64,000 bases of DNA from Gammaproteobacteria bacterium (GTDB taxonomy: Bacteria > Pseudomonadota > Gammaproteobacteria > Natronospirales > REEB76), in assembly GCA_049698775.1 (NCBI GenBank), contig JBAVYM010000041.1, forward strand, positions 5,691-69,690, written 5' to 3'. The notes below the pieces were generated by a model that had not been told where the DNA came from, did not search any database, and saw only the letters and a list, made by a program, of their open reading frames with translations. Of this stretch, positions 10,150 through 18,846 are shown piece after piece (position 1 is the first letter of the stretch; each line of letters starts with the position of its first letter). Position numbers and translations under genes: made by a program.

Positions 10150-10383
10150 ATGGCGGCAAATCTCAAAGAAGAACTGCACCTGCTGGCAGACCGCCTGCCA
10201 GACGGAGCCACGTGGAAGGACATACTCTACGAAGCCTACGTGCGTCAGGAGATCGAAGCGGGTCTTGAGGAAGCACGGCGTGGCGAGTTCGCGACCGACG
10301 CCGAAGTAAAATCCGCTTTTGCCAAATGGGGTGTGCAGATTGAAACTGAAATGGACTCGCCAGGCGCTGCATCAGCTTCTTGA
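10150..10383 (+). CDS. Antitoxin partner of the ParE/RelE-family toxin
   Basis: 77 aa and acidic. The C-terminal ...EARRGEFATDAEVKSAFAKWG motif is common in such antitoxins. It overlaps the toxin gene. Confidence 0.6.
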   Translation: MAANLKEELHLLADRLPDGATWKDILYEAYVRQEIEAGLEEARRGEFATDAEVKSAFAKWGVQIETEMDSPGAASAS

Positions 10384-10624
10384 CGCGCAGGACTACATAG
10401 CGCGAGAAAATCCAAGTGCAGCAAAGCAAGTTGTCAATCGCATTGCGGCGACCTGTCGTCAACTGCTCGATCACCCCGTGATGGGTAGAGCCGGGCGTAT
10501 CACCGGCACACGTGAACTTATCGTTAATCGCACGCCTTACTTTGTCATCTATGCAGTCGTGGATGACACCGTGCAGATCCTGCGCGTGTTGCACGGCAAA
10601 CAAGACTGGCCTCCGAAGAGCTAA
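10331..10624 (+). CDS. parE: ParE/RelE-family type II toxin
   Basis: LKLKWTRQALHQLLDAQDYIARENPSAAKQVVNRI...VIYAVVDDTVQILRVLHGKQDW is a classic ParE/RelE pattern. The start is ambiguous (GTG 10331 or TTG 10340), and either one overlaps the antitoxin by 44-53 nt. Confidence 0.75.
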   Translation: MCRLKLKWTRQALHQLLDAQDYIARENPSAAKQVVNRIAATCRQLLDHPVMGRAGRITGTRELIVNRTPYFVIYAVVDDTVQILRVLHGKQDWPPKS

Positions 10625-10658
10625 AACATCCATCCTTCTTCGCTGGCAGGTACTTCAG

Positions 10659-11249
10659 TCAGTTTCCCAGGCTGAACATGCGTTTCCAGATGGGCTGACG
10701 TAGCAGACTGTGCAGCACCACCACGGCCAGATGGCCACCCCAGTAGATCCAGGCGATGACCGCGAAGGTGTCGTGGACATCTTCGATGATTTCAAGGGTA
10801 TCGTGGCCGGCGCCGGCCATGCGCGACAGATAGAACACGCCGCCGGTGATTGCCATGGCGGTGATGGCAAGCAGGCCGAGACCGTGGATGAACCCCACCA
10901 GACCGCCGCCCTTTGCTCCGGGCCCGCCTGACGGCAGGCGCAGATAGCGAACGGCTTGCCAGAATTCCCGGATGACATTGCATAGGCCCTGGCGCGTCCA
11001 GGGAAACAGGTGACGCAATCCTTCATGCGGATGAGTGCAGGACCAGAGCCAATGCAGAATAATGAGCGCGAGGATGGTGGCGCCCAGAATTTCATGCGTT
11101 TCAAAGCCGAAGGTATCCGGCCGGCCTGAATGCGGGCTGTGCATGAAACTGCCGATGAATAACTGCGCCGTGACGGCGATTGCCAGCAGCAGGTGAATCA
11201 GCCGTAGCGGCCGGCTCCAGTGTACCGTAGCAGTTCCCTGATCGCTCAT
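10659..11249 (-). CDS. Cytochrome b561 family protein
   Basis: The ATG at 11249 gives MSDQGTATVHWSRPLRLIHLLLAIAV... It has 4 TM segments with conserved His residues, typical of the CybB-like family. Confidence 0.7.
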   Translation of the reverse strand: MSDQGTATVHWSRPLRLIHLLLAIAVTAQLFIGSFMHSPHSGRPDTFGFETHEILGATILALIILHWLWSCTHPHEGLRHLFPWTRQGLCNVIREFWQAVRYLRLPSGGPGAKGGGLVGFIHGLGLLAITAMAITGGVFYLSRMAGAGHDTLEIIEDVHDTFAVIAWIYWGGHLAVVVLHSLLRQPIWKRMFSLGN

Positions 11250-11315
11250 GCGCTTGCTCCCATTGCGGATGTTTTGAGGACGGCCACATTCTGCCTGATT
11301 CCGGTCTGATGGCAA

Positions 11316-11343
11316 CAAAAAACCCGGCAGCTTGCCGGGTTTT
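11316..11343 (-). terminator. Rho-independent terminator downstream of rpoH
   Basis: The minus strand reads AAAACCCGGCAAGCTGCCGGGTTTTTTGTT: a GC stem followed by a T-run. Confidence 0.75.
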
Positions 11344-11349
11344 AATGTA

Positions 11350-11373
11350 CCCCTCTCCCACAAGGGGAGAGGT
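11350..11373. repeat. REP-like hairpin CCCCTCTCCC-acaa-GGGGAGAGG
   Basis: It is a perfect stem. Related CTCTCCC/GGGAGAG hairpins occur at 32375-32419 and 34607-34631. Confidence 0.5.
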
Positions 11374-11405
11374 GATTTCGATTGGGAGTTGAATAGATTG
11401 GCCGT

Positions 11406-12278
11406 TCAGGCCATCAGTACACCGAGCTTCTTGATGGCGTTGGTTTCCAGTTGGCGGATGCGCTCCGCCGACACGCCGTAGTGGTCCGCGAGTTCCTGCA
11501 AAGTGGCCTTGTTTTCGTCCAGCCAGCGGCGCTGCATGATGTGACGGCTGCGATTGTCGAGCTTGACGAACGCACGTTGCAACTGTGCTTCACCCCGGGT
11601 TTTTGAATCGGCACGCTCCAGCGCCTTGGCCGGGTCGGATTCAACGTCTGCTGCCAGATAAGCGGCCGGCGCCACGCTGTGGCTGTCCTCGTCTTCGGTC
11701 TCGGGCGTGGTGTCGAAGGTGATATCATGGCCGCTGAGACGCGATTCCATTTCCATCACATCTTGCGGGGAGACTTTCAGCTCCTTGGCGATGGTTTCGA
11801 CTTCCGCACGGTTCATCCAGCCGAGGCGCTTCTTGGAGCTACGCAGGTTGAAGAACAATTTGCGCTGCGATTTGGTGGTGGCGACTTTCACGATGCGCCA
11901 GTTCTTCAAGATGAACTCGTGCATTTCCGCCTTGATCCAGTGCACCGCGAACGACACCAGGCGCACGCCCACCTCCGGGTCGAAGCGTTTGACCGCCTTC
12001 ATCAGGCCGATGTTGCCTTCCTGGATCAAGTCGCCGAGCGGCAGGCCGTAACCCAGATAACCGCGCGCCACGTGCACCACGAAACGCAGATGGTGCATTA
12101 CCAGCTCGCGGGCCGCGTCCAGATCCGCCTGGTCACGGAAGCGCAGCGCCAGTGCTTGTTCTTCCGAGGCGCTTAGCACCGGAATACTGCTCACCGCTTG
12201 GATATAGGCGTCCAGGCTACCGGTGGGACCGGCCAGGATGAGTTGCTGCGAGCGGGGCATCAGGGCGGTATGAGTCAT
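11406..12278 (-). CDS. rpoH: RNA polymerase sigma-32 factor RpoH
   Basis: It contains the RpoH box-like [19 protein letters not shown] and sigma-70 regions 2 and 4, and sits downstream of ftsYEX. Confidence 0.95.
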   Translation of the reverse strand: MTHTALMPRSQQLILAGPTGSLDAYIQAVSSIPVLSASEEQALALRFRDQADLDAARELVMHHLRFVVHVARGYLGYGLPLGDLIQEGNIGLMKAVKRFDPEVGVRLVSFAVHWIKAEMHEFILKNWRIVKVATTKSQRKLFFNLRSSKKRLGWMNRAEVETIAKELKVSPQDVMEMESRLSGHDITFDTTPETEDEDSHSVAPAAYLAADVESDPAKALERADSKTRGEAQLQRAFVKLDNRSRHIMQRRWLDENKATLQELADHYGVSAERIRQLETNAIKKLGVLMA

Positions 12279-12307
12279 GGAAGCCTCCTTGAAAATCGTG
12301 GAATGAT

Positions 12308-12336
12308 ATTAGCACTCCAGGTGTTAGAGTGCTAAT
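12308..12336. promoter_or_regulatory. Perfect 10-bp inverted repeat ATTAGCACTC-N9-GAGTGCTAAT in the rpoH leader/promoter
   Basis: It is seen directly 30-58 nt upstream of the rpoH ATG, between the ftsX stop and rpoH. No T-run follows it on the minus strand. Confidence 0.3.
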
Positions 12337-12392
12337 CCTGATGAGGGTTCCCTGGACGGGGAAAGAATTAAGCCTTGTCTTTCAACGGCTTG

Positions 12393-13370
12393 TCATGTCG
12401 GCTCAATGGCCCGCAAGTGGCGCGCGACCGCCAACCAGGAGCCCAGCCAGCCGAGCACGATGCCGCACAGAAGCAGGATCAGGCTGCCCTTGAATCCCAA
12501 GCCGCTCAGGGTGAACTGGCTGCCGTACAGGCTCGCCAGACGGCTCACCGGCCCAGCCACGAGCACAAGGGCGATGATTACCAGAATCCAGGCCAACACA
12601 CCGCCCGCGAGACCGTACCAGGCGCCGTGATACAGGAACGGCCGGCGGATGAAGCGGTCGGTCGCGCCCAGCAATTTGCTGACTTCGATTTCTGCACGGC
12701 GGTTTTCGATTTCCAAGCGGATGGTATTGCCGACGATCAGTACCACGGCAATGGCGAGCAGCAGGGCGATGATCACCACCGCGCGATGCAGAATGGCGAG
12801 TATGGCTTGCAGGCGTTTGAGCCACTGGATGTCCATGCGCACCTGATCCACTTGCGGCAGGGCAGCGAGCGCCTGACCCAACTGCTGAGCCGCCGCCGGA
12901 GTGGCGTAATCGTCAGTTGGTGTAATCACCAGCACCGCGGGCAGCGGATTGTTGCCGAGCAATCCGAGCGCATCGCCGAAACCGGAGCGTTGCTGGAAAT
13001 CGGCCAGCGACTGACTGGCGGTGATAATTTGTACGGATGCTACACCCGCATGCGAACGCATCGTATTGGCGAATTGTTGCACCGTGCTGTCACTCAGATC
13101 TGTTTTCAGGAACAGCGAGATGCGCGCGGCACCCTGCCAGTCAGCGCTCACATTCTTGGCGTTATTCACGAGCACCAGCATACCGGCGGGCAGCGCGAGT
13201 GCGATGCCGATGACCGCCACGGTCATGAAGGTGGCGAGCGGATGGCGGCGCAGGCGCGTGAATCCCGCCAGCAACATTTGCCGGTGATGCAGCAACCAGG
13301 CACGCAGGCGCTGGCCCAGCGTGCGCCGGTTCAATTGCGCGCCGTGGGTGCTGGCGTCACGCGCCGGCAT
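12393..13370 (-). CDS. ftsX: Cell division ABC transporter permease FtsX
   Basis: It has the 4-TM FtsX architecture with a large periplasmic loop, follows ftsE, and overlaps it by 14 nt. Confidence 0.9.
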   Translation of the reverse strand: MPARDASTHGAQLNRRTLGQRLRAWLLHHRQMLLAGFTRLRRHPLATFMTVAVIGIALALPAGMLVLVNNAKNVSADWQGAARISLFLKTDLSDSTVQQFANTMRSHAGVASVQIITASQSLADFQQRSGFGDALGLLGNNPLPAVLVITPTDDYATPAAAQQLGQALAALPQVDQVRMDIQWLKRLQAILAILHRAVVIIALLLAIAVVLIVGNTIRLEIENRRAEIEVSKLLGATDRFIRRPFLYHGAWYGLAGGVLAWILVIIALVLVAGPVSRLASLYGSQFTLSGLGFKGSLILLLCGIVLGWLGSWLAVARHLRAIEPT

Positions 13371-14043
13371 GGGCGCCTCCTTGTAGTTCCGGCGTCACCA
13401 TGCGGCCCTCGCGCAGGCTCAGGAAGCGTTCGCCGAGGCGGCGGATGAGATTGTGGTCGTGGCTGGCCACCAGCACTGTGATGCCAACCTGGTTCAGACG
13501 CTGGAACAGGCGCATGACTTCGTAAGACAGATCCGGATCCAGGTTGCCGGTGGGCTCGTCGGCAATCAGGATGGGCGGACGGCTGATCACGGCGCGCGCG
13601 ATGCCCACGCGCTGCTGTTCGCCGGTGGACAGCGTGACGGGCAGGACGCGCTCCTTGCGCAGCAATCCCACCAGTTCCAGCGCGGCGCCCACGCGCTTGG
13701 GAATTTCCTGGTGGGGTACGCCGGCAATCGTGAGCGGCAGAGCCACGTTGTCGAACACCGGCCGGTCGTGCAGCAGCTTGTGGTCCTGGAAAATCACACC
13801 CACCTGGCGGCGGTAATGGGGAATCTGGCGGCGGCGGATGCCGGAGAGGTTCTGGCCGTTGACAATGATCTGGCCGCGGCTCGGGCGTTCGATAAGCGCC
13901 AGGAGTTTCAGCAGTGTGCTCTTGCCGGCGCCCGATGGGCCGGTGAGGAACACCATTTCGCCTTGTGCGACGCTGAAACTCACGCCGGCCAGCGCTTCGT
14001 TGCCGCCAGCGTAGCGCTTGCTGACTTCGTTGAACTGGATCAT
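13357..14043 (-). CDS. ftsE: Cell division ATP-binding protein FtsE
   Basis: [11 protein letters not shown]..., Walker [10 protein letters not shown], signature LSTGEQQRV and Walker B ILIADEP are present. The longer track ORF (to 14295) is an upstream in-frame extension into ftsY. Confidence 0.9.
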   Translation of the reverse strand: MIQFNEVSKRYAGGNEALAGVSFSVAQGEMVFLTGPSGAGKSTLLKLLALIERPSRGQIIVNGQNLSGIRRRQIPHYRRQVGVIFQDHKLLHDRPVFDNVALPLTIAGVPHQEIPKRVGAALELVGLLRKERVLPVTLSTGEQQRVGIARAVISRPPILIADEPTGNLDPDLSYEVMRLFQRLNQVGITVLVASHDHNLIRRLGERFLSLREGRMVTPELQGGAHAGA

Positions 14044-14963
14044 GTTGTAGTATCGCCCACCAAAGCCTCCGCAAAGGCACGCGCGTCGAATTCTTCCAGA
14101 TCGCCGGCCTGTTCGCCAATGCCGATGAAACGGATCGGAATGCCGAAGCGCTGCGCCGCGGCAATCAGGATGCCGCCCTTGGCGGTGCCGTCGAGCTTGG
14201 TGATGGCCAGTCCGGTGACCTGCACGGCCGCATGAAACTGCTCGATCTGGCGCAGGGCATTCTGACCGGTACCGGCGTCCAGCACCAGCAGACATTCGTG
14301 CGGCGCGGCGGGATCGAGCCGGGCCAGCACACGGCGGATTTTTTTCAATTCTTGCATGAGGTTGCCCTGGGTGTGCAGCCGCCCGGCGGTGTCAACGATC
14401 AACACGTCACTGCCGCGTGATTTGGCCGCCAGCCAGGCGTCGTGCGCTACCGCCGCGGGATCTGCTCCCGGTGCCTGCGCGATGACCGGCATGTCTTGGC
14501 GCGCCCCCCAGGTTTGCAACTGCTCCACCGCCGCGGCGCGGAAGGTATCGCCCGCGGCCAGCAGTGGTTGTTGCCCGGCGGATTTGAAGCGTTGCGCCAG
14601 CTTGGCGATGGTGGTGGTCTTGCCGACGCCGTTTACGCCCACCGTCAGGATCACGAACGGTTTTGCGGCGGCATTTATCGTGAGCGGCTTGGCGACCGGC
14701 TCCAGCAACTCTGCGATGTCTTGTGCGAGCGCCGTGCGCAATGCATCGGTGTCTTTCAAGCTCCCATCGCGCGCGTGAGTGCGCAGCCGTTCGAGAATCC
14801 CGTGCGTCGCGTCCACGCCCACGTCCGCCTGCAACAACTGGGTTTCCAGTTCTTCCAGCAACGCTTCATCCAGCGCCTTTCCCGGCGCGATGCGTAGCAC
14901 CGCGCGCTGCAGCCGTTCACGCAAGCGCGTGGAAAACCCGGGTTTGGCAATGTTCTGGTTCAT
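14040..14963 (-). CDS. ftsY: Signal recognition particle receptor FtsY (short form)
   Basis: The NG domain shows GVNGVGKTTTIAKLA, DTAGRL and TKLDGTAKGG. It has a 4-nt overlap with ftsE. Confidence 0.95.
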   Translation of the reverse strand: MNQNIAKPGFSTRLRERLQRAVLRIAPGKALDEALLEELETQLLQADVGVDATHGILERLRTHARDGSLKDTDALRTALAQDIAELLEPVAKPLTINAAAKPFVILTVGVNGVGKTTTIAKLAQRFKSAGQQPLLAAGDTFRAAAVEQLQTWGARQDMPVIAQAPGADPAAVAHDAWLAAKSRGSDVLIVDTAGRLHTQGNLMQELKKIRRVLARLDPAAPHECLLVLDAGTGQNALRQIEQFHAAVQVTGLAITKLDGTAKGGILIAAAQRFGIPIRFIGIGEQAGDLEEFDARAFAEALVGDTTT

Positions 14964-15013
14964 GAATCCGGAAACCGCATGCCGTGATTATCCTGGCATC
15001 GGTGCGCAGACCG

Positions 15014-15044
15014 CAAAAAAACGGGGCGGTCCGAAACCGCCCCG
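15014..15044 (-). terminator. Rho-independent terminator downstream of the lipase gene
   Basis: The minus strand reads GGGGCGGTTTCGGACCGCCCCGTTTTTTT. Confidence 0.8.
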
Positions 15045-15068
15045 CCCAAGCTCCTGTTGGTCAGCGCA

Positions 15069-17213
15069 TCAAGGCTTGATGTAGGTGTTGCTGCTGATAA
15101 TCACCGCGGCGCCGTTGGTGGCGGCGAGACTCACGGCCTCCGACTGCATTTCCTGGGTGACCGCACCGAACACCGGCGCATCCTGAGGGCAGGCGGACGG
15201 GGGTGCGGGATTCAATATTGAACCATGATCACCTGAAGTGAATTGCACCAGCACACCGGCGTGGGCCGCCACCGGGTTGGGACCGGGATTGCTGATGAGC
15301 GTGAGACCCATGAGGTTGGTCAACAACTGGGTGGCGGAATTCGGCACCACCGTATCCGGCAGCGAACAGGCATCGAAGCCACCCACCACTTCAATCATGT
15401 GGATGGGGTCATTGACGGTGGCGGCGGCAGCGTAGTTGGCCGGATCGCCGTCATCAATGACGGTCTGGGCATTACGGAAATAATCATCATAAAACTGAGT
15501 GCCTGGCAAGACACCCTGGGCCTGGAGGCCGGCATTGATCTGCGGCAAGAAACTCTGCGAATTTAGCACCAACTGGCTGATGTCACCGCCGGGGTTGGCG
15601 AGCGTCGCGGCCACGATTTTCCTACCGTCCACGCCCAGGAAAGTGATGCCGACGATGCCGCCCAGGGAATGACCCACGAAGAACAATTCCGAGCCGTCAA
15701 ACTTGTTGAACACGGTGGGATTGGTCGGCGAGTTCACTGCCACCAGGGTCGGTACCGTCGCGGTAAGATTGATGAGGTCGGCGGCCGCTTCGCGAAAGTC
15801 GTCGCGCAAGGTTAGCAAACTGCTGAGGTTGAAGAAATACGTGCCCGAAGGCGCGATGGTGCTGCTCGCGGTGGGAAAGAACGGCGGGAACTCCGGCAGA
15901 TCGAAGGTACGCTCATGGCCCTTCTGATACAGGGGATCGGCAGTGTTGGTGATGCCGTGCAGCGGTATATCAATCGCGACCACTGCGAAACACTGGCTGG
16001 CGAACGATCCGGCGATGGCCAGCATGTCTTCGCGGTTGCGGGTAATGCCATGCTGGAAAATCACCGTCTTCCAGCCGCCTGCGGGCTGGGTGCAGCCGCT
16101 TGTGGCATTCGGAATGCTGACCAGGATGGGGATTACGTTTTGCGCCACGGTAGCGGCGGGCAGGGGCGAGAGCACGGTGGTGTCATCGCCGTTCGCGGTG
16201 TGCCAGAAACCCGTCAGCGGCGCAGTGGGATTCGCAGCCGTCGGCACAGGTAAGTAATACGGCAGCGCCACATCGCCCGCATAAAGTTCGGCCAGTTGCG
16301 CAACTGCCGGCGGTGTTTGACCGCCGGCTTGCAGAGCCTGGGCAACGGTCAAAGTGGTATCAATGATGCCCGCACCTTGGGGCTGAGCCGTCGGTTGGGC
16401 GGTGGCCGCCAAAGTTCCGAGCGTCGCGCCGATGTATTGAGTGCTGAAACTGAACGTGAGCACGATGCTTTGCGGGTTGATCTTGGCACCCGCGGCCACC
16501 GCCAGTTGCGGCAGCGTGAACAGCGCGACTTGATCAAGTTGCGCATTGCCGGTGGTGCCCATCTGGCCGCCGGAAAGCACCGGCAGGTCGGCCGCCTGAA
16601 TCAACGCGTAATCGGAACTCGGCGCCGCAGCGTCGCCGTTCGCATCCTTGATGCCGTTGGTAAGCACCACCAGATAAGTGCTGCCACCCGCGAGCGGCTT
16701 GCAGGGCGTGATGTTCATTACCGTGCCGCCGGAGTCAGTGGCTGCTGATACACCCACGGTGTAATCGGTGCTGGCGGCGCTGCAATCGGCGCCCGGCACC
16801 AGCGGCGTGGCGCCCTTGGTGGGGTCAATGGCCTTGTTCTGCGGATTCGCCGTGACCTTGAACACGAACACGTCATCGGCATTCAGACTGGTGGGATCCA
16901 GCGACTCGGTGAAATACGCGTTGATCACTGATTGGGTGCCGAATCCGTCCAAATGATTGATGGCGGCGGTTGCCGCATTTGCGGGACTGGCCGCCGCGGT
17001 CGTGGAAGCGAACGGGATATTCACCGTGCCGGTGGTGCTGCCGTTGAAATACAGGTCATTGGGGAAGGGCCCCACGCCACTCAACGGCGCATAGCGCACC
17101 TGGAAAGCCGAAGCCTGGCCGGCATTCTGTGAATTTGTGGCATTGTTGCCATGCACACAGGCGGTAAGAATCAGGGCCAGAGCGGAGAGCAGAACCAGTG
17201 CGCGCCTATTCAT
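15069..17213 (-). CDS. Secreted lipase/phospholipase lipoprotein (bacterial lipase N-terminal region + alpha/beta-hydrolase)
   Basis: It has a lipobox (LILTAC), an FPNDLYF motif in the N-terminal region, and the nucleophile elbow GHSLGG. The size and architecture resemble the VolA/Pla-1-type lipases. Confidence 0.65.
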   Translation of the reverse strand: MNRRALVLLSALALILTACVHGNNATNSQNAGQASAFQVRYAPLSGVGPFPNDLYFNGSTTGTVNIPFASTTAAASPANAATAAINHLDGFGTQSVINAYFTESLDPTSLNADDVFVFKVTANPQNKAIDPTKGATPLVPGADCSAASTDYTVGVSAATDSGGTVMNITPCKPLAGGSTYLVVLTNGIKDANGDAAAPSSDYALIQAADLPVLSGGQMGTTGNAQLDQVALFTLPQLAVAAGAKINPQSIVLTFSFSTQYIGATLGTLAATAQPTAQPQGAGIIDTTLTVAQALQAGGQTPPAVAQLAELYAGDVALPYYLPVPTAANPTAPLTGFWHTANGDDTTVLSPLPAATVAQNVIPILVSIPNATSGCTQPAGGWKTVIFQHGITRNREDMLAIAGSFASQCFAVVAIDIPLHGITNTADPLYQKGHERTFDLPEFPPFFPTASSTIAPSGTYFFNLSSLLTLRDDFREAAADLINLTATVPTLVAVNSPTNPTVFNKFDGSELFFVGHSLGGIVGITFLGVDGRKIVAATLANPGGDISQLVLNSQSFLPQINAGLQAQGVLPGTQFYDDYFRNAQTVIDDGDPANYAAAATVNDPIHMIEVVGGFDACSLPDTVVPNSATQLLTNLMGLTLISNPGPNPVAAHAGVLVQFTSGDHGSILNPAPPSACPQDAPVFGAVTQEMQSEAVSLAATNGAAVIISSNTYIKP

Positions 17214-17325
17214 TAGTTTTCCTCCATTAAAGGCGATTTAGGGTACGCTGGAGACACACCGCCACGCAAGCATCCCGAATGCATGCGGAAGACATGGCCA
17301 ACTGACTGACTACGTGGAGTTGTGC

Positions 17326-17916
17326 ATGGTTAATCCCGGCCGCGGCTACCGCAACGAATTCCGCATCATCGCCGGCCTCTGGCGACGGCGGCGGCTCAGT
17401 TTTCCGGACCTGCCCGGCATCCGGCCCTCGCCGGACCGGGTGCGGGAGACCTTGTTCAACTGGCTCATGTACCGGATTGCCGGCGCGCGTTGCCTCGACC
17501 TGTTCGCCGGCAGCGGCGCGTTGGGTCTGGAAGCCCTGTCGCGCGGCGCCGCCGGCGTGCTGTTCGTTGATCGGGAACGGCAAGTGCTGGAAGCTCTGCG
17601 TGAACATCTGGATTTATTGCATGCTGACGGTGGCGAGCTGTTGCAAGCCGACGCGCTGACGTTCTTGCGCGGACCGGCGCGGCCTTTCGACATCGTGTTC
17701 CTGGACCCGCCGTTCGACTCAACACTGTTGGCACAATCCGTGGCGGCTTTGGAACAGACCGGCTGGCTTGCCCCGCAGGCCAACATATATATGGAATATC
17801 CCCAGGGCTTGGCCATCACGCTGCCGGCCGGCTGGGAGCGTAGTCGCGATGGCCACGCAGGCCGCGTGGGCTTTGCCCTTGCGCGCCGCACCCGCGCAAA
17901 ACTTGCCCAGGATTGA
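17326..17916 (+). CDS. rsmD: 16S rRNA (guanine966-N2)-methyltransferase RsmD
   Basis: IIAGLWRRRRLSFPDLPGIRPSPDRVRETLFNWL, LDLFAGSGALGLEALSRGA and DIVFLDPPF are present. A GGAG RBS lies 6 nt before the ATG at 17326. Confidence 0.9.
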   Translation: MVNPGRGYRNEFRIIAGLWRRRRLSFPDLPGIRPSPDRVRETLFNWLMYRIAGARCLDLFAGSGALGLEALSRGAAGVLFVDRERQVLEALREHLDLLHADGGELLQADALTFLRGPARPFDIVFLDPPFDSTLLAQSVAALEQTGWLAPQANIYMEYPQGLAITLPAGWERSRDGHAGRVGFALARRTRAKLAQD

Positions 17917-18714
<798 letters not shown>

Positions 18715-18765
18715 TCTGGGTCACGACCGGCGGGGCCGGGCCCGCGGTATTTGGCATCTTGCGCC

Positions 18766-18779
18766 TTGATTCATATCAA
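18766..18779. promoter_or_regulatory. FNR/Dnr-type box TTGATTCATATCAA upstream of norB
   Basis: This is a perfect TTGAT-N4-ATCAA palindrome. It is intergenic, with its centre ~74 nt upstream of the norB ATG at 18847. Confidence 0.75.
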
Positions 18780-18846
18780 GTTCCCGGATGGACGGATAAC
18801 CTATAGTCGCGTCGTTATCTACCTCACGGAATCTATCTCACGGAGC

